64,000 nt of DNA from Alloprevotella sp. GTDB lineage: Bacteria; Bacillota; Clostridia; Oscillospirales; Oscillospiraceae. Positions 35,792-43,996 of the stretch are shown here, in pieces. Both the position numbers and the translations under genes were made by a program. The notes beneath the pieces are model-generated. The model did not search any database, was not told where the DNA came from, and saw nothing but the letters and a program-made list of their open reading frames with translations. Where the stretch lies: NCBI GenBank assembly GCA_963618155.1, contig CAVEQW010000036.1, positions 10,038 to 74,037 of the forward strand, read 5' to 3'. The first letter of the stretch is position 1. Each line of letters begins with the position of its first letter.

Positions 35792-37816
35792 ATGAATCAC
35801 AGATATCAGACTCTTATATCCCCGTTCGTTCTGCCGAACGGCGTTGTCCTGCGTACGCGCATGGTGCATCCGAAATGCGCCCCCGACCAGAATCAGGGGC
35901 CGGAGGACTTTCCCACCGAGATGTTCATCCACTTCCACCGCGAGATGGCGCGGCGGGGCAATGCGCTGGTGATCGCGGATATCCGCGACACGCCCGCCGT
36001 GCGCCAGATGCCGGACTCCCACGACTTCGCGCATTCCTATACCTTCGATATCAAAAATCCGGCCGTGCAGAATTACGTCTGCCAGCTCGCGGACGACGTT
36101 CACTTCTATGGCTCCAAGGTGCTTGCCATGTGTATGCCCATGCTCCCCAGGGGGAAGACGCTCGGCGGAAAATCGCCCCGCTTCCGCCAGGAGGCCAGAG
36201 GCTTTGTCCCCATGCCGCCGATGGAGATGGCGACAAAGGAGGAGATAAAGGCCGCCATCGACGATGCGGTCGCCCGTGCGCTGAAGTTCAAGAGCTGGGG
36301 CTATGACGGCATCGCGGTACACATCTACAATGACCTGAACGCGGACATGAACATCCGCACCGACGAATATGGCGGGAGCACGGAAAACCGCTGCCGCATG
36401 ATGATGGAGCTGTTTGACGCGGTCAAGAGGGCGTGCGGAAAAAAATTCATCGTCCACGCGATGCTCAACGGCGTTCCCGTGGAGGCGGACCGCCGCCCGG
36501 AGGACGTCAGCCCGGGATACACGCTGGACGACGTGGTCACGTTCTGCAAGCTGGCCGAGGGGCGCTGCGATGTGATCACGGTGCGTGAGCTGAACATCAC
36601 CGAAAGCCACCCCACGGGCTATACCTTCGATAAGGAGCAGCATCGCTGCATCAATATGATCGCCTATCTGAAGGCGGCCGGGGTCAGGATCCCGCTTGCC
36701 GCCGCCGGTGCATTCCAGGATCCGGGGGAGATGGAACGGCTGCTGCGCGCCGGCGCCTGCGACCTTATCAGCATCGGCCGCGGCCAGTTCACCGACAAGG
36801 ACTATTTTGAAAAAATACTCGCGGAAAAGGGCGAGGAGATACGCCCGTGCATCCGCTGCAACCGCTGTCACGGACGCCGCCGCGCGCCGTGGACCTCCGT
36901 CTGCACGGTCAACCCGGAGTTCGGCTGCGAGCTGAAGGACCGGCATATGATACAGCCTGCGGCGGGCGGCAAGAAGGTCGCAGTCATCGGCGGCGGCCCC
37001 GCCGGTATGCAGGCGGCGATCACAGCGGCGGAGCGCGGTCACCGGGTCACGCTGTTTGAAAAGACCGGCTATCTCGGCGGGCAGCTTTTCCATGCGGATC
37101 ACTTCTCCTTCAAGTGGCCGTTCCGCGACTACCGCCTCTGGCTTATCGACGAGCTGGGGCGCAAGGGCGTCGAGGTGCGGCTCCACTGCGAGCCGACCCC
37201 AGAGGAGCTTTCCGCGGCCGCCTATGACGCGGTGCTTGCCGCGACCGGATCGGTGGCCGTCCTGCCCGAGGTCGAGGGGATGCACAAGCCGGACGGAAGT
37301 CCCGCACTGAAGACCTGTCACGACGTCATCGGCCACGAGGACGCGCTCGGCAAGAACGTCATCATGGTCGGCTGCTCGGAGACGGGCATCGAGACGGCCT
37401 GCTATCTCGCGCAGCACGGCCATAACGTGACCTGCCTCACCCGGCAGGATATGCTCGCCAAGGATGCCTCGCCGCTGCACAGCATCACGATCGCCTATGT
37501 GAAGCCCTGCCACCCGATGACCGGCGAGACCTATCTGGCGCACTACTGGGAGCGCTTCGACAGCATCCGCGGCATCACCAACGCGAACACCGTGAGGGTC
37601 AGCGAAAAGACCGTCACCTATGTGGATGCAGAGGGCACGGAGCACACGCTGGAGGGCGACGACGTCATCGTCTGCGGCGGTGTCCGCCCCTATCTGGAGG
37701 GCGCGCTGAAATACGCGTCTGCTGCGCCCTACTTCCGCCTGATCGGCGACGTGGACGGCGCCGGCGATATGCAGAGATCCATCCGCGGCGCCTTCGGCGC
37801 AGCCAGCCAGATCTGA
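35792..37816 (+). CDS. NADH:flavin oxidoreductase with Fe-S and FAD/NAD(P) domains (same family), copy 2, tandem paralog
   Basis: 674 aa and collinear with copy 1. Motifs are CIRCNRCHG..C, VAVIGGGPAGMQAAITAAERGHRVTLFEK and IMVGCSETGIE. It ends in the same GAASQI tail. RBS is gaaggagag. Confidence 0.8.
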   Translation: MNHRYQTLISPFVLPNGVVLRTRMVHPKCAPDQNQGPEDFPTEMFIHFHREMARRGNALVIADIRDTPAVRQMPDSHDFAHSYTFDIKNPAVQNYVCQLADDVHFYGSKVLAMCMPMLPRGKTLGGKSPRFRQEARGFVPMPPMEMATKEEIKAAIDDAVARALKFKSWGYDGIAVHIYNDLNADMNIRTDEYGGSTENRCRMMMELFDAVKRACGKKFIVHAMLNGVPVEADRRPEDVSPGYTLDDVVTFCKLAEGRCDVITVRELNITESHPTGYTFDKEQHRCINMIAYLKAAGVRIPLAAAGAFQDPGEMERLLRAGACDLISIGRGQFTDKDYFEKILAEKGEEIRPCIRCNRCHGRRRAPWTSVCTVNPEFGCELKDRHMIQPAAGGKKVAVIGGGPAGMQAAITAAERGHRVTLFEKTGYLGGQLFHADHFSFKWPFRDYRLWLIDELGRKGVEVRLHCEPTPEELSAAAYDAVLAATGSVAVLPEVEGMHKPDGSPALKTCHDVIGHEDALGKNVIMVGCSETGIETACYLAQHGHNVTCLTRQDMLAKDASPLHSITIAYVKPCHPMTGETYLAHYWERFDSIRGITNANTVRVSEKTVTYVDAEGTEHTLEGDDVIVCGGVRPYLEGALKYASAAPYFRLIGDVDGAGDMQRSIRGAFGAASQI

Positions 37817-37830
37817 GCCGGCACGTCAGG

Positions 37831-37925
37831 AACGAGCTTTGACAAGCTCAATTTGACCCGCTCGGCCGGTGTGAATCCGTCCGGCATAATGCAGAGGGGC
37901 TGTCTCATTGGAGACAGCCCGGAAA
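37831..37925 (+). repeat. Intergenic repeat element, copy A (core TTTGACAAGCTC..TTTGA..CGGCCG..GTGAAT.CGTCCGGCATAAT followed by a hairpin)
   Basis: About 65 nt align with 41245-41309 at roughly 80 percent identity by eye. It is followed by a 10-bp hairpin gggctgtctc/gagacagccc. Confidence 0.75.
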
Positions 37926-37937
37926 TACGCAGAATAA

Positions 37938-37970
37938 CGGCAGCCGGCTCTCGAGAAGAGTCGGCTGCCG
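37938..37970. terminator. Strong GC hairpin between the convergent flavoenzyme operon and spoIVB (probable bidirectional terminator)
   Basis: 13-bp stem cggcagccggctc/gagtcggctgccg with one G-T pair and a 7-nt loop. On the minus strand ttattct follows. On the plus strand the T-run is displaced about 15 nt. Confidence 0.55.
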
Positions 37971-38042
37971 GCCGGGAAAACGTTATTTTTCACTGTCCTC
38001 CTGACGGGGCGCGGTTCAAAAAATCGCCACAGTCGCTTTTTC

Positions 38043-39071
38043 TTATGCCGCGCAGGCTGTTGGCTGCATGGCGTCGGCGGCGAGCATACTCTCGATGGAG
38101 ATGCCGTAGCCGCGGCTGGCGTCGGAGACGAGAACGTGCGTCACCGCGCCGACGAGCTTGCCGTCCTGTATGATGGGCGAGCCGGACATTCCCTGCACGA
38201 TGCCGCCCGTGAGCGCGAGCAGCGCCTCATCCGTCACACGGAGATCGAGCATCTGCCCCTGCGCCCCGCTCATGCCGCGGCTGATCTCCACGCTGTAGCG
38301 CTCCACACCGCTGTCCGTCACGCTCGAGAGGATATAGGCCGGGCCCGCGTATATCTCGCTGTCGCTGGCCACGGGCAGCGCCTCGCCCTCCGCGGCGGCG
38401 TCCAGCGTGCCGAACACGCCGCAGAGTGTGTTGCTTTCGATGACCCCGATGGCCGCGCCCATGTCGAACACGCCTGCCAGCGCGCCGGGGCTGCCTGCCG
38501 CGCCCGGCTGTATATCCACGATGCGCGCCGGGCTGACGCTGCCGCTGCCGAGAGGCAGCACGGCGGCCGTCTGGCTGTCCGTGACCGCGTGGCCGAGAGC
38601 GCCGAAGCGTCCCGTGCCGGGGTCGTAATAGGTCAGCGTGCCCACACCGGCGACGCCGTCGCGCAGCCACAGGCCGAGCTTCGTTCCCTCGTCGCTTTGC
38701 GCCGGGGTCAGCTCGAGCCGCAGCGTTTCACCGCCGCGCTCGACCGTGATATCGACCGGCTCACCCGTCAGCCCCGCCGCCGCCTCTGCGAGACTGGCCG
38801 CCGTGTCCGTGGCCTGGCCGGAGAGCTCCGTGATGATGTCGCCGGGCAGTATGCCTGCGTCCTTGGCGGGCGATACGCTGCCGCCGCTGGTTGGCACCTC
38901 GGTCGTGTCCACAACGAGCACGCCGTCCGTATTCATCTGTATGCCCACTGCCGTCCCCAGCGGCACGAGCGCGTCCGCCGCCCACGCCCGTCCCGTCAGC
39001 GCCGCGCCGAGCAGCACCAGCATGACCGCCATGCGCGGCGGTGCTCTTTTTATTTTTGCCATAAAGCACAT
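38043..39071 (-). CDS. spoIVB: Stage IV sporulation protein B (S55 signalling peptidase)
   Basis: 342-aa ORF. It has an N-terminal anchor and a PDZ-like segment (GILPGDIITELSG). Peptidase motifs are GTLTYYDPGTGRFGALGH and GMSGSPIIQDGKLVGAVTHV. The start may be at 39071 or at the ATG at 39062. Confidence 0.9.
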   Translation of the reverse strand: MCFMAKIKRAPPRMAVMLVLLGAALTGRAWAADALVPLGTAVGIQMNTDGVLVVDTTEVPTSGGSVSPAKDAGILPGDIITELSGQATDTAASLAEAAAGLTGEPVDITVERGGETLRLELTPAQSDEGTKLGLWLRDGVAGVGTLTYYDPGTGRFGALGHAVTDSQTAAVLPLGSGSVSPARIVDIQPGAAGSPGALAGVFDMGAAIGVIESNTLCGVFGTLDAAAEGEALPVASDSEIYAGPAYILSSVTDSGVERYSVEISRGMSGAQGQMLDLRVTDEALLALTGGIVQGMSGSPIIQDGKLVGAVTHVLVSDASRGYGISIESMLAADAMQPTACAA

Positions 39072-39284
39072 CCCTTCCTTTCATCGGCTCTGTCATTATG
39101 CGGCGGCGGGCACCCGCTCACACGCGCAAAAATTTTGCCGGATTTCCAAGCGTCCCGCCGCGCGCGCCGCATCGGGCTTTGGCGCGGACGGTAAATTCTG
39201 CGCGTTTAAAATTCTTGTTTATATTTTGTCCGCTGCGGGAGAAAATAGTCGAGGACGCGTCAAAATTTATTCTTGACGGGCATG

Positions 39285-39317
39285 AAAAGTCCCCCGTTCC
39301 AACGAATGAAACGGGGG
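39285..39317 (-). terminator. Intrinsic terminator after the SDR gene
   Basis: The minus strand has stem cccccgtt/aacggggg with an 11-nt loop, followed by acttttc. Confidence 0.55.
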
Positions 39318-39345
39318 GGATGGCTTTGTCGTATTTGCTTTGGAC

Positions 39346-40125
39346 TCAATAGCCGACGATGGATGCGCCGCCGTCGATGATCATGGTCTGGCCGGTGGTG
39401 TTGCCGGAGAGGTCGGAGCAGAGGAAGAGCGCCGCCGCCGCGATCTCATACGGCGTGTTCATGACACGGCCGGTGGGGACATAGTTGGTGATGGGGGACG
39501 GATTGCCTCCGGGACCCTCATGCTGGGAGACGACGCCGGTGTCGAAGCTTGCCGTGCCGCCCGGAGCGATCGCGTTGACGCGCACGCCCATATGACCCCA
39601 TTCGGACGCCGCCTGCATCGTCAGGGCGACGACTGCGCCCTTGGAGGCGCTGTAGGAGGCGGAGCACATCGGCGGGGTCATGCCGCGGATGCCGGCCATG
39701 GACGCGATGTTCAGGATCGCGCCGCCGTGCGCCTTCATCGACTGGCGGACGACCTGCTGCATCATGAAGAAGCAGCCGCGGGCGTTCGTCGCATACACGC
39801 GGTCAAATTCCGCAGGCGTGAGCTCCAGCGCGTCGCCGCCGGTCATCACGCCGGCCGCCTGCACCAGAACAGATATCTCGCCCAGCTCGGCGCGGATGCG
39901 CTCGACCACCGGGGCGATGGCCTCCGGCGCGGACACGTCGAGGGCGTAGGCGTGCACCTCGCCCTTATCGGCGAGCATGGCCGCCGCCTGTTCGATCTTG
40001 GCGGCGCTGCGGCCGATCATGGCGACGATCGCGCCGGACTGCGCCAGCATATCCGCACAGGCAAAGCCGATGCCGCTGCCCGCACCGGTCACAACGGCGA
40101 CCTTGCCGGTAAAATCAATGTTCAT
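39346..40125 (-). CDS. Short-chain dehydrogenase/reductase (classical SDR)
   Basis: 259 aa. It has TGAGSGIG cofactor motif, NIAS, and the catalytic YSASK. RBS is caggaggaaac. The substrate cannot be inferred. Confidence 0.88.
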   Translation of the reverse strand: MNIDFTGKVAVVTGAGSGIGFACADMLAQSGAIVAMIGRSAAKIEQAAAMLADKGEVHAYALDVSAPEAIAPVVERIRAELGEISVLVQAAGVMTGGDALELTPAEFDRVYATNARGCFFMMQQVVRQSMKAHGGAILNIASMAGIRGMTPPMCSASYSASKGAVVALTMQAASEWGHMGVRVNAIAPGGTASFDTGVVSQHEGPGGNPSPITNYVPTGRVMNTPYEIAAAALFLCSDLSGNTTGQTMIIDGGASIVGY

Positions 40126-40207
40126 TGCGTTTCCTCCTGTTTTTTGTTCGTCCTATTGTACCGCAAATCCCGCTCCCGTGCAAGCGCTTATGCTCCCGCC
40201 GCGGCAC

Positions 40208-40236
40208 TTTACATACGAGCGGGGAAAGATTATAAT
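40208..40236 (+). promoter_or_regulatory. Sigma-A-type promoter for the aldose epimerase gene
   Basis: TTTACA (40208-40213), a 17-nt spacer, then TATAAT (40231-40236), 26 nt before the ATG. Confidence 0.65.
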
Positions 40237-40262
40237 AGGCGGGTGAACAGGAGGCATAGATC

Positions 40263-41180
40263 ATGATAGAGCATTCGGATTTTTTCGGCTATGAGAAATA
40301 TACGATACGCGCCGGACGCCTGGCCGTTTCCGTCCTCACGCTGGGGGCGGCGGTCTGCTCCATCGAGTTGGACGGACACCCCGTTGCGCTCGGCTACGGC
40401 ACGGCGCAGGAATATCTCGACGGCAGGGATTATGTCGGCGCGGTCATCGGCCGCGTCGCCGGCCGTGTCGCGGGGGCGCGCTTTGTCCTTGACGGCAGGG
40501 AGTATCCGCTGACCGCCAACGAGGGCGAGAACCAGCTCCACGGCGGCGCGGACAGCTTTGACAAGCGCCGCTGGACGGCGGAGATACAGGGCGCGAACCG
40601 CATCCGCTTCGCGCTGCTGTCCCACGAGGGCGACAACGGCTATCCCGGGATGCTGGCCGCCGCCGTGAGTTATTCGGTGAACAACGATACCCTGCGCATC
40701 GACTTTGAGGCCGAGGCCAGCGCGGATACGCCCTATGCCCCGACCAGCCACATCTACTTCAATCTTGCGGGGACGCCGGATATCCTCGGCACGCGCGTCG
40801 CTGTCAACGCGGCGCAGTACCAGCCGCTGGACGCCGCCGGGCTGCCCTGCGGCGAGCCGAAGCCCACGGAGGGCGACTATGACTTTGCCGAGCTGCGGGA
40901 GCTGGGGCGCGACTATGACGGCTGCTTCCTGCTTGCCGGAAAGCAGGCGGCCATGGCCGAGGACGGCGGCATGGGCGTCGCCGTGCGGACGGATTTCCCG
41001 GCGCTCGTGCTCTATACCGGCGGCGGGCTTGCCGCACCGCTGCATAAGAGCCAGGGCTTCTGCCTTGAGCCGTCGTTCGGTGCGGACTCTCCAAACCGCC
41101 CCGATGCGCCCATCGTCCACCGCGGCGAGCGCTTCCACCGCTTCGCGGAGTACCGCTTCTACCGCCGCAGCGAGGAATAA
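40263..41180 (+). CDS. Aldose 1-epimerase family protein
   Basis: 305 aa. It has NQLHGG, a GYPG motif and FCLEP near the C-terminus, typical of the galactose mutarotase fold. Confidence 0.82.
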   Translation: MIEHSDFFGYEKYTIRAGRLAVSVLTLGAAVCSIELDGHPVALGYGTAQEYLDGRDYVGAVIGRVAGRVAGARFVLDGREYPLTANEGENQLHGGADSFDKRRWTAEIQGANRIRFALLSHEGDNGYPGMLAAAVSYSVNNDTLRIDFEAEASADTPYAPTSHIYFNLAGTPDILGTRVAVNAAQYQPLDAAGLPCGEPKPTEGDYDFAELRELGRDYDGCFLLAGKQAAMAEDGGMGVAVRTDFPALVLYTGGGLAAPLHKSQGFCLEPSFGADSPNRPDAPIVHRGERFHRFAEYRFYRRSEE

Positions 41181-41197
41181 TTGGACAGGATACAAAA

Positions 41198-41230
41198 ATC
41201 CGGCCTGTGGACGTGTGCCACAGGCCGGAG
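41198..41230. repeat. 33-bp hairpin-forming direct repeat, copy 1 (ATCCGGCCTGTGGACGTGTGCCACAGGCCGGAG)
   Basis: Identical to 41409-41441. It contains a 12-bp stem tccggcctgtgg/ccacaggccgga. Confidence 0.95.
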
Positions 41231-41242
41231 GAGCTTGTCAAA

Positions 41243-41334
41243 AAACGAGTTTTGACAAGCTCGCTTTGATCTGCCCGGCCGAAGTGAATTCGTCCGGCAT
41301 AATTCAAAAAGCCTTGCCGTGGCAAGACCTTTTG
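41243..41334 (+). repeat. Intergenic repeat element, copy B (same family as 37831-37925)
   Basis: The shared core is cgagttttgacaagctcgctttgatctgcccggccgaagtgaattcgtccggcataat. It is preceded by the 13-bp inverted partner gagcttgtcaaaa and followed by the imperfect hairpin ttcaaaaagccttgcc/ggcaagaccttttgaa. Confidence 0.75.
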
Positions 41335-41408
41335 AATTTACGCCCGTCCCCGGCGGGCGACTCTGACTCGCTGTATTTCCATATAGAATAGAGTTCTTTG
41401 ACAGTCTG

Positions 41409-41441
41409 ATCCGGCCTGTGGACGTGTGCCACAGGCCGGAG
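41409..41441. repeat. 33-bp hairpin-forming direct repeat, copy 2
   Basis: Perfect copy of 41198-41230. It lies just downstream of the minus-strand lipoprotein gene stop. Confidence 0.95.
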
Positions 41442-41459
41442 ATCTTTATGCGTTTTTTA

Positions 41460-42296
41460 TCACTCGGCTTCGACGACCGTCACGCTGGTGATATGGGGGT
41501 TCACGCCCTCGTACCAGTAGAGGAAGCCCTCCATGTCCACGGTGTCGCCGATCTTGAGCGACTTGACGGCCTCATAGACCTCGGTGCCCGCGCCGCAGAG
41601 GTAGGACTCGACGGTGAAGGTGTAGACCTCGTCGTTGAGGGAGACGTTGAAATAGAGGTCGTTGCCGTCCTCGCCGGAGCCGTCCCAGTTGTAGAGAAAG
41701 GCTGCATCGCTGCCGTCGGCAGCCTCGGAGGCCACGACGGTCAGCCCGGTGAAGCTCACGAACTCGTTCTGGTGGTCGATGAGCTTATCGCTGCCGAGCA
41801 GCGCGGTCACATCCTCCGGCTCGGCGATGAAGCCGTCGCCGTCGATGATCTCAAAGCTCGCGTCCGCGATCTCGATCTCACCCGACCACTCGGCCTTATA
41901 GCCGCTGACGCGGATATGGGTGCCGGGGACGAGCTTGTCCGCGTCGGCCTCCGGGCAGGCCATGTTGTAGATGAAGTAGGCGCCGTCCTCGCTCTGGGCA
42001 TAGACCGTGATCTGATCCTCCCACCAGGACTGCGTGGCCTGGACATAGGTCTCGATGGTGACGGGGCTGTCGATGTCGGCGGCCATGTATTCCTCGTGGG
42101 TCATGACGGCGGCAGCCTCTTCCTCGGCGGCGGCCTTTGCTGCCTCCAGCGCAGCAGCCTTTTCCTCGGCAGCCTCTACACGGGCGGCCATATCGTCGAT
42201 GCGGGCGAGCGTTTCCTCATCGGGGCTCGCCGAGCAGCCGGCCAGCAGGCCAAGCAGCGCACAGGCGGCCAGAAGCAGTGCAAGGGTCTTTTTCAT
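41460..42296 (-). CDS. Hypothetical lipoprotein (278 aa), last gene of the sugar ABC operon
   Basis: The start at 42296 (MKKTLALLLAACALLGLLAGCSAS) follows aaaaggagac. An Ala/Glu coiled segment precedes two beta-rich repeats. No family was recognised. Confidence 0.6.
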   Translation of the reverse strand: MKKTLALLLAACALLGLLAGCSASPDEETLARIDDMAARVEAAEEKAAALEAAKAAAEEEAAAVMTHEEYMAADIDSPVTIETYVQATQSWWEDQITVYAQSEDGAYFIYNMACPEADADKLVPGTHIRVSGYKAEWSGEIEIADASFEIIDGDGFIAEPEDVTALLGSDKLIDHQNEFVSFTGLTVVASEAADGSDAAFLYNWDGSGEDGNDLYFNVSLNDEVYTFTVESYLCGAGTEVYEAVKSLKIGDTVDMEGFLYWYEGVNPHITSVTVVEAE

Positions 42297-42385
42297 GGTG
42301 TGTCTCCTTTTCAATTTTCCGCGTCCACAGACGTTATTTTGCGTGGTGTTGCCACTATTATAATCAAGCGCTCCGATAAATCAAG

Positions 42386-43996
42386 CTAAATCTGCCTTTT
42401 AACGGTATGACGGCGCCGGATGACGCGCACGAGCGCGTATATGCCCATACACAGCCAGGCGCAGCCGAGCCCCGCAAGCAGCGCCACGGCCTCCGCCGGG
42501 AGCGGGCCGAGCGAGGCTGCGCCGTCCGTCCGTGCGGCGGCGGTCTGGTCAAGGCGGTAGAGCGCCGCCGTTTCCTCGTACAGCGTCGCGATATAGTCCG
42601 CGTCCACGGTCTGACTGCGGCGGACGGATTTGGTGACGCTCTCGATGAGCTGTCCCGCCGCGTCGCGCAGGGAGGCGGAGCCGTTGAATACGGGGGTCGT
42701 GAAGGTGTTGTCCGTATTGTCGAGCAAAAGCTGCGCCGCCGCGAGCTTGACGGCATAGTGCGTGTCGTTGTCCTCCCCGGCGCGGGCAAGATAGTCCGTG
42801 TATTCCGGCGCGGTCTGCGCCGCCGTCGTCACGGGGACATAGCCCTCCGTTTCGGCGTAGGCGATCTGCACCTCGTTCGTCAGAAGAAATTGCGCAAACA
42901 GCCACGAGGCGAGCACCTCCTGCGCGTCGTCCTTGTTGAACACGCACACGCTCGGCCCCTGGGATATCATCTGCGGCTCATCCGGGTCAAGCTGCGGCAC
43001 GGGCCGCACGGCGATCTCAAAGTCCACGAGCTTGTCCTCGCTGATGTCCGAGAGCGGCGCGTCCGCGCCCATCCAGCTCGCGCCCGCCGTGGAATCGACG
43101 GCGAAGACGCACTGTCCCGCGTTGAGGAAGTTGGCGGGATAGCCGGAGATCTTGAAGGTGGAGAAGGCGCCCCGCTCCGTGTGCTCCGCCACGGTGTAGA
43201 GGACGGAGGCCGTGTCATCGCTGAACAGACCGATATTCCCGTTTTCGTCGGAGTAGTCCGCGCCCATCTGGCGCAGGAGCTGTATCATCATATTGTCGCT
43301 GGATTTATAGATGAACGGGAGCATGACGCTCTGGCCGTTGACGGCGTAAAGCCCGTCCGCGTTTTTTTCGGCGGCAGCATCCGCCACCTCCCACACGAAG
43401 TCCCAGGTCAGTACGTCCGGCAGCTCATAGCCCAGCGCCTCCACGAAGCTTTTGTTGACATAACACGCCTCTGTGGAGCGCATGAACGGGAGCGCGTAGT
43501 GCAGCGAGCCGATGACGCACTCCTCCAGAAACGCCGGTACGAGCTCATCCTCCGACGGCGCGTCATAGCGCAGCTCGCTCCCGCCGAGGCCGAAGCGCCC
43601 GTCCTCCATCAGTCCGTCGAGCGGCACGACGACGCCCTCGCCGGAGAGGTAGGTCGCGATGTGGTCGGGGTAGCTGATGCAGACGTTCGGCGTGGTGTTC
43701 GTGGCGATGTTCGTGATGACGTCGTTATAGATCTTCCCGTAGTCCGTATAGAGGCGAAGCTCGACCGTGATGTTGGGGTAGAGCGCCTCAAAGTCGGCGA
43801 TGGTCTGCTCATAGACCGCGACCTGATTCTTATTCGTGTCGTTCTTCGCCCAGAAGCGGATCGTATACGCGCGGCTGTCGTCAAAGCTCTCCGGCACGGC
43901 AAAGCCCGCCCGCTCGCGGGCGCCGTGGCAGCCGCCGAGCAGCCCGGTGAGCAGCAGCGCCGCCAGCAGCAGAGATATGCATTTTTTCGTGCTCAT
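42386..43996 (-). CDS. ABC sugar transporter substrate-binding lipoprotein (family 1) with an extra C-terminal TM helix
   Basis: 536 aa. The lipobox is MSTKKCISLLLAALLLTGLLGGCHG. SBP_bac_1-like features are present (IRFWAKND..., WDFVWEVA). The C-terminal end is AVALLAGLGCAWLCMGIYALVRVIRRRH. Confidence 0.8.
   Translation of the reverse strand: MSTKKCISLLLAALLLTGLLGGCHGARERAGFAVPESFDDSRAYTIRFWAKNDTNKNQVAVYEQTIADFEALYPNITVELRLYTDYGKIYNDVITNIATNTTPNVCISYPDHIATYLSGEGVVVPLDGLMEDGRFGLGGSELRYDAPSEDELVPAFLEECVIGSLHYALPFMRSTEACYVNKSFVEALGYELPDVLTWDFVWEVADAAAEKNADGLYAVNGQSVMLPFIYKSSDNMMIQLLRQMGADYSDENGNIGLFSDDTASVLYTVAEHTERGAFSTFKISGYPANFLNAGQCVFAVDSTAGASWMGADAPLSDISEDKLVDFEIAVRPVPQLDPDEPQMISQGPSVCVFNKDDAQEVLASWLFAQFLLTNEVQIAYAETEGYVPVTTAAQTAPEYTDYLARAGEDNDTHYAVKLAAAQLLLDNTDNTFTTPVFNGSASLRDAAGQLIESVTKSVRRSQTVDADYIATLYEETAALYRLDQTAAARTDGAASLGPLPAEAVALLAGLGCAWLCMGIYALVRVIRRRHTVKRQI

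Noticed and set aside
39072-39200. Forespore sigma-F/sigma-G-type promoter for spoIVB (GCATAATGA about 26 nt before the start).
   Set aside because: The -10 is only a partial match to CATnnTA and there is no convincing GnATA -35 at the right spacing. It cannot be supported from sequence alone.
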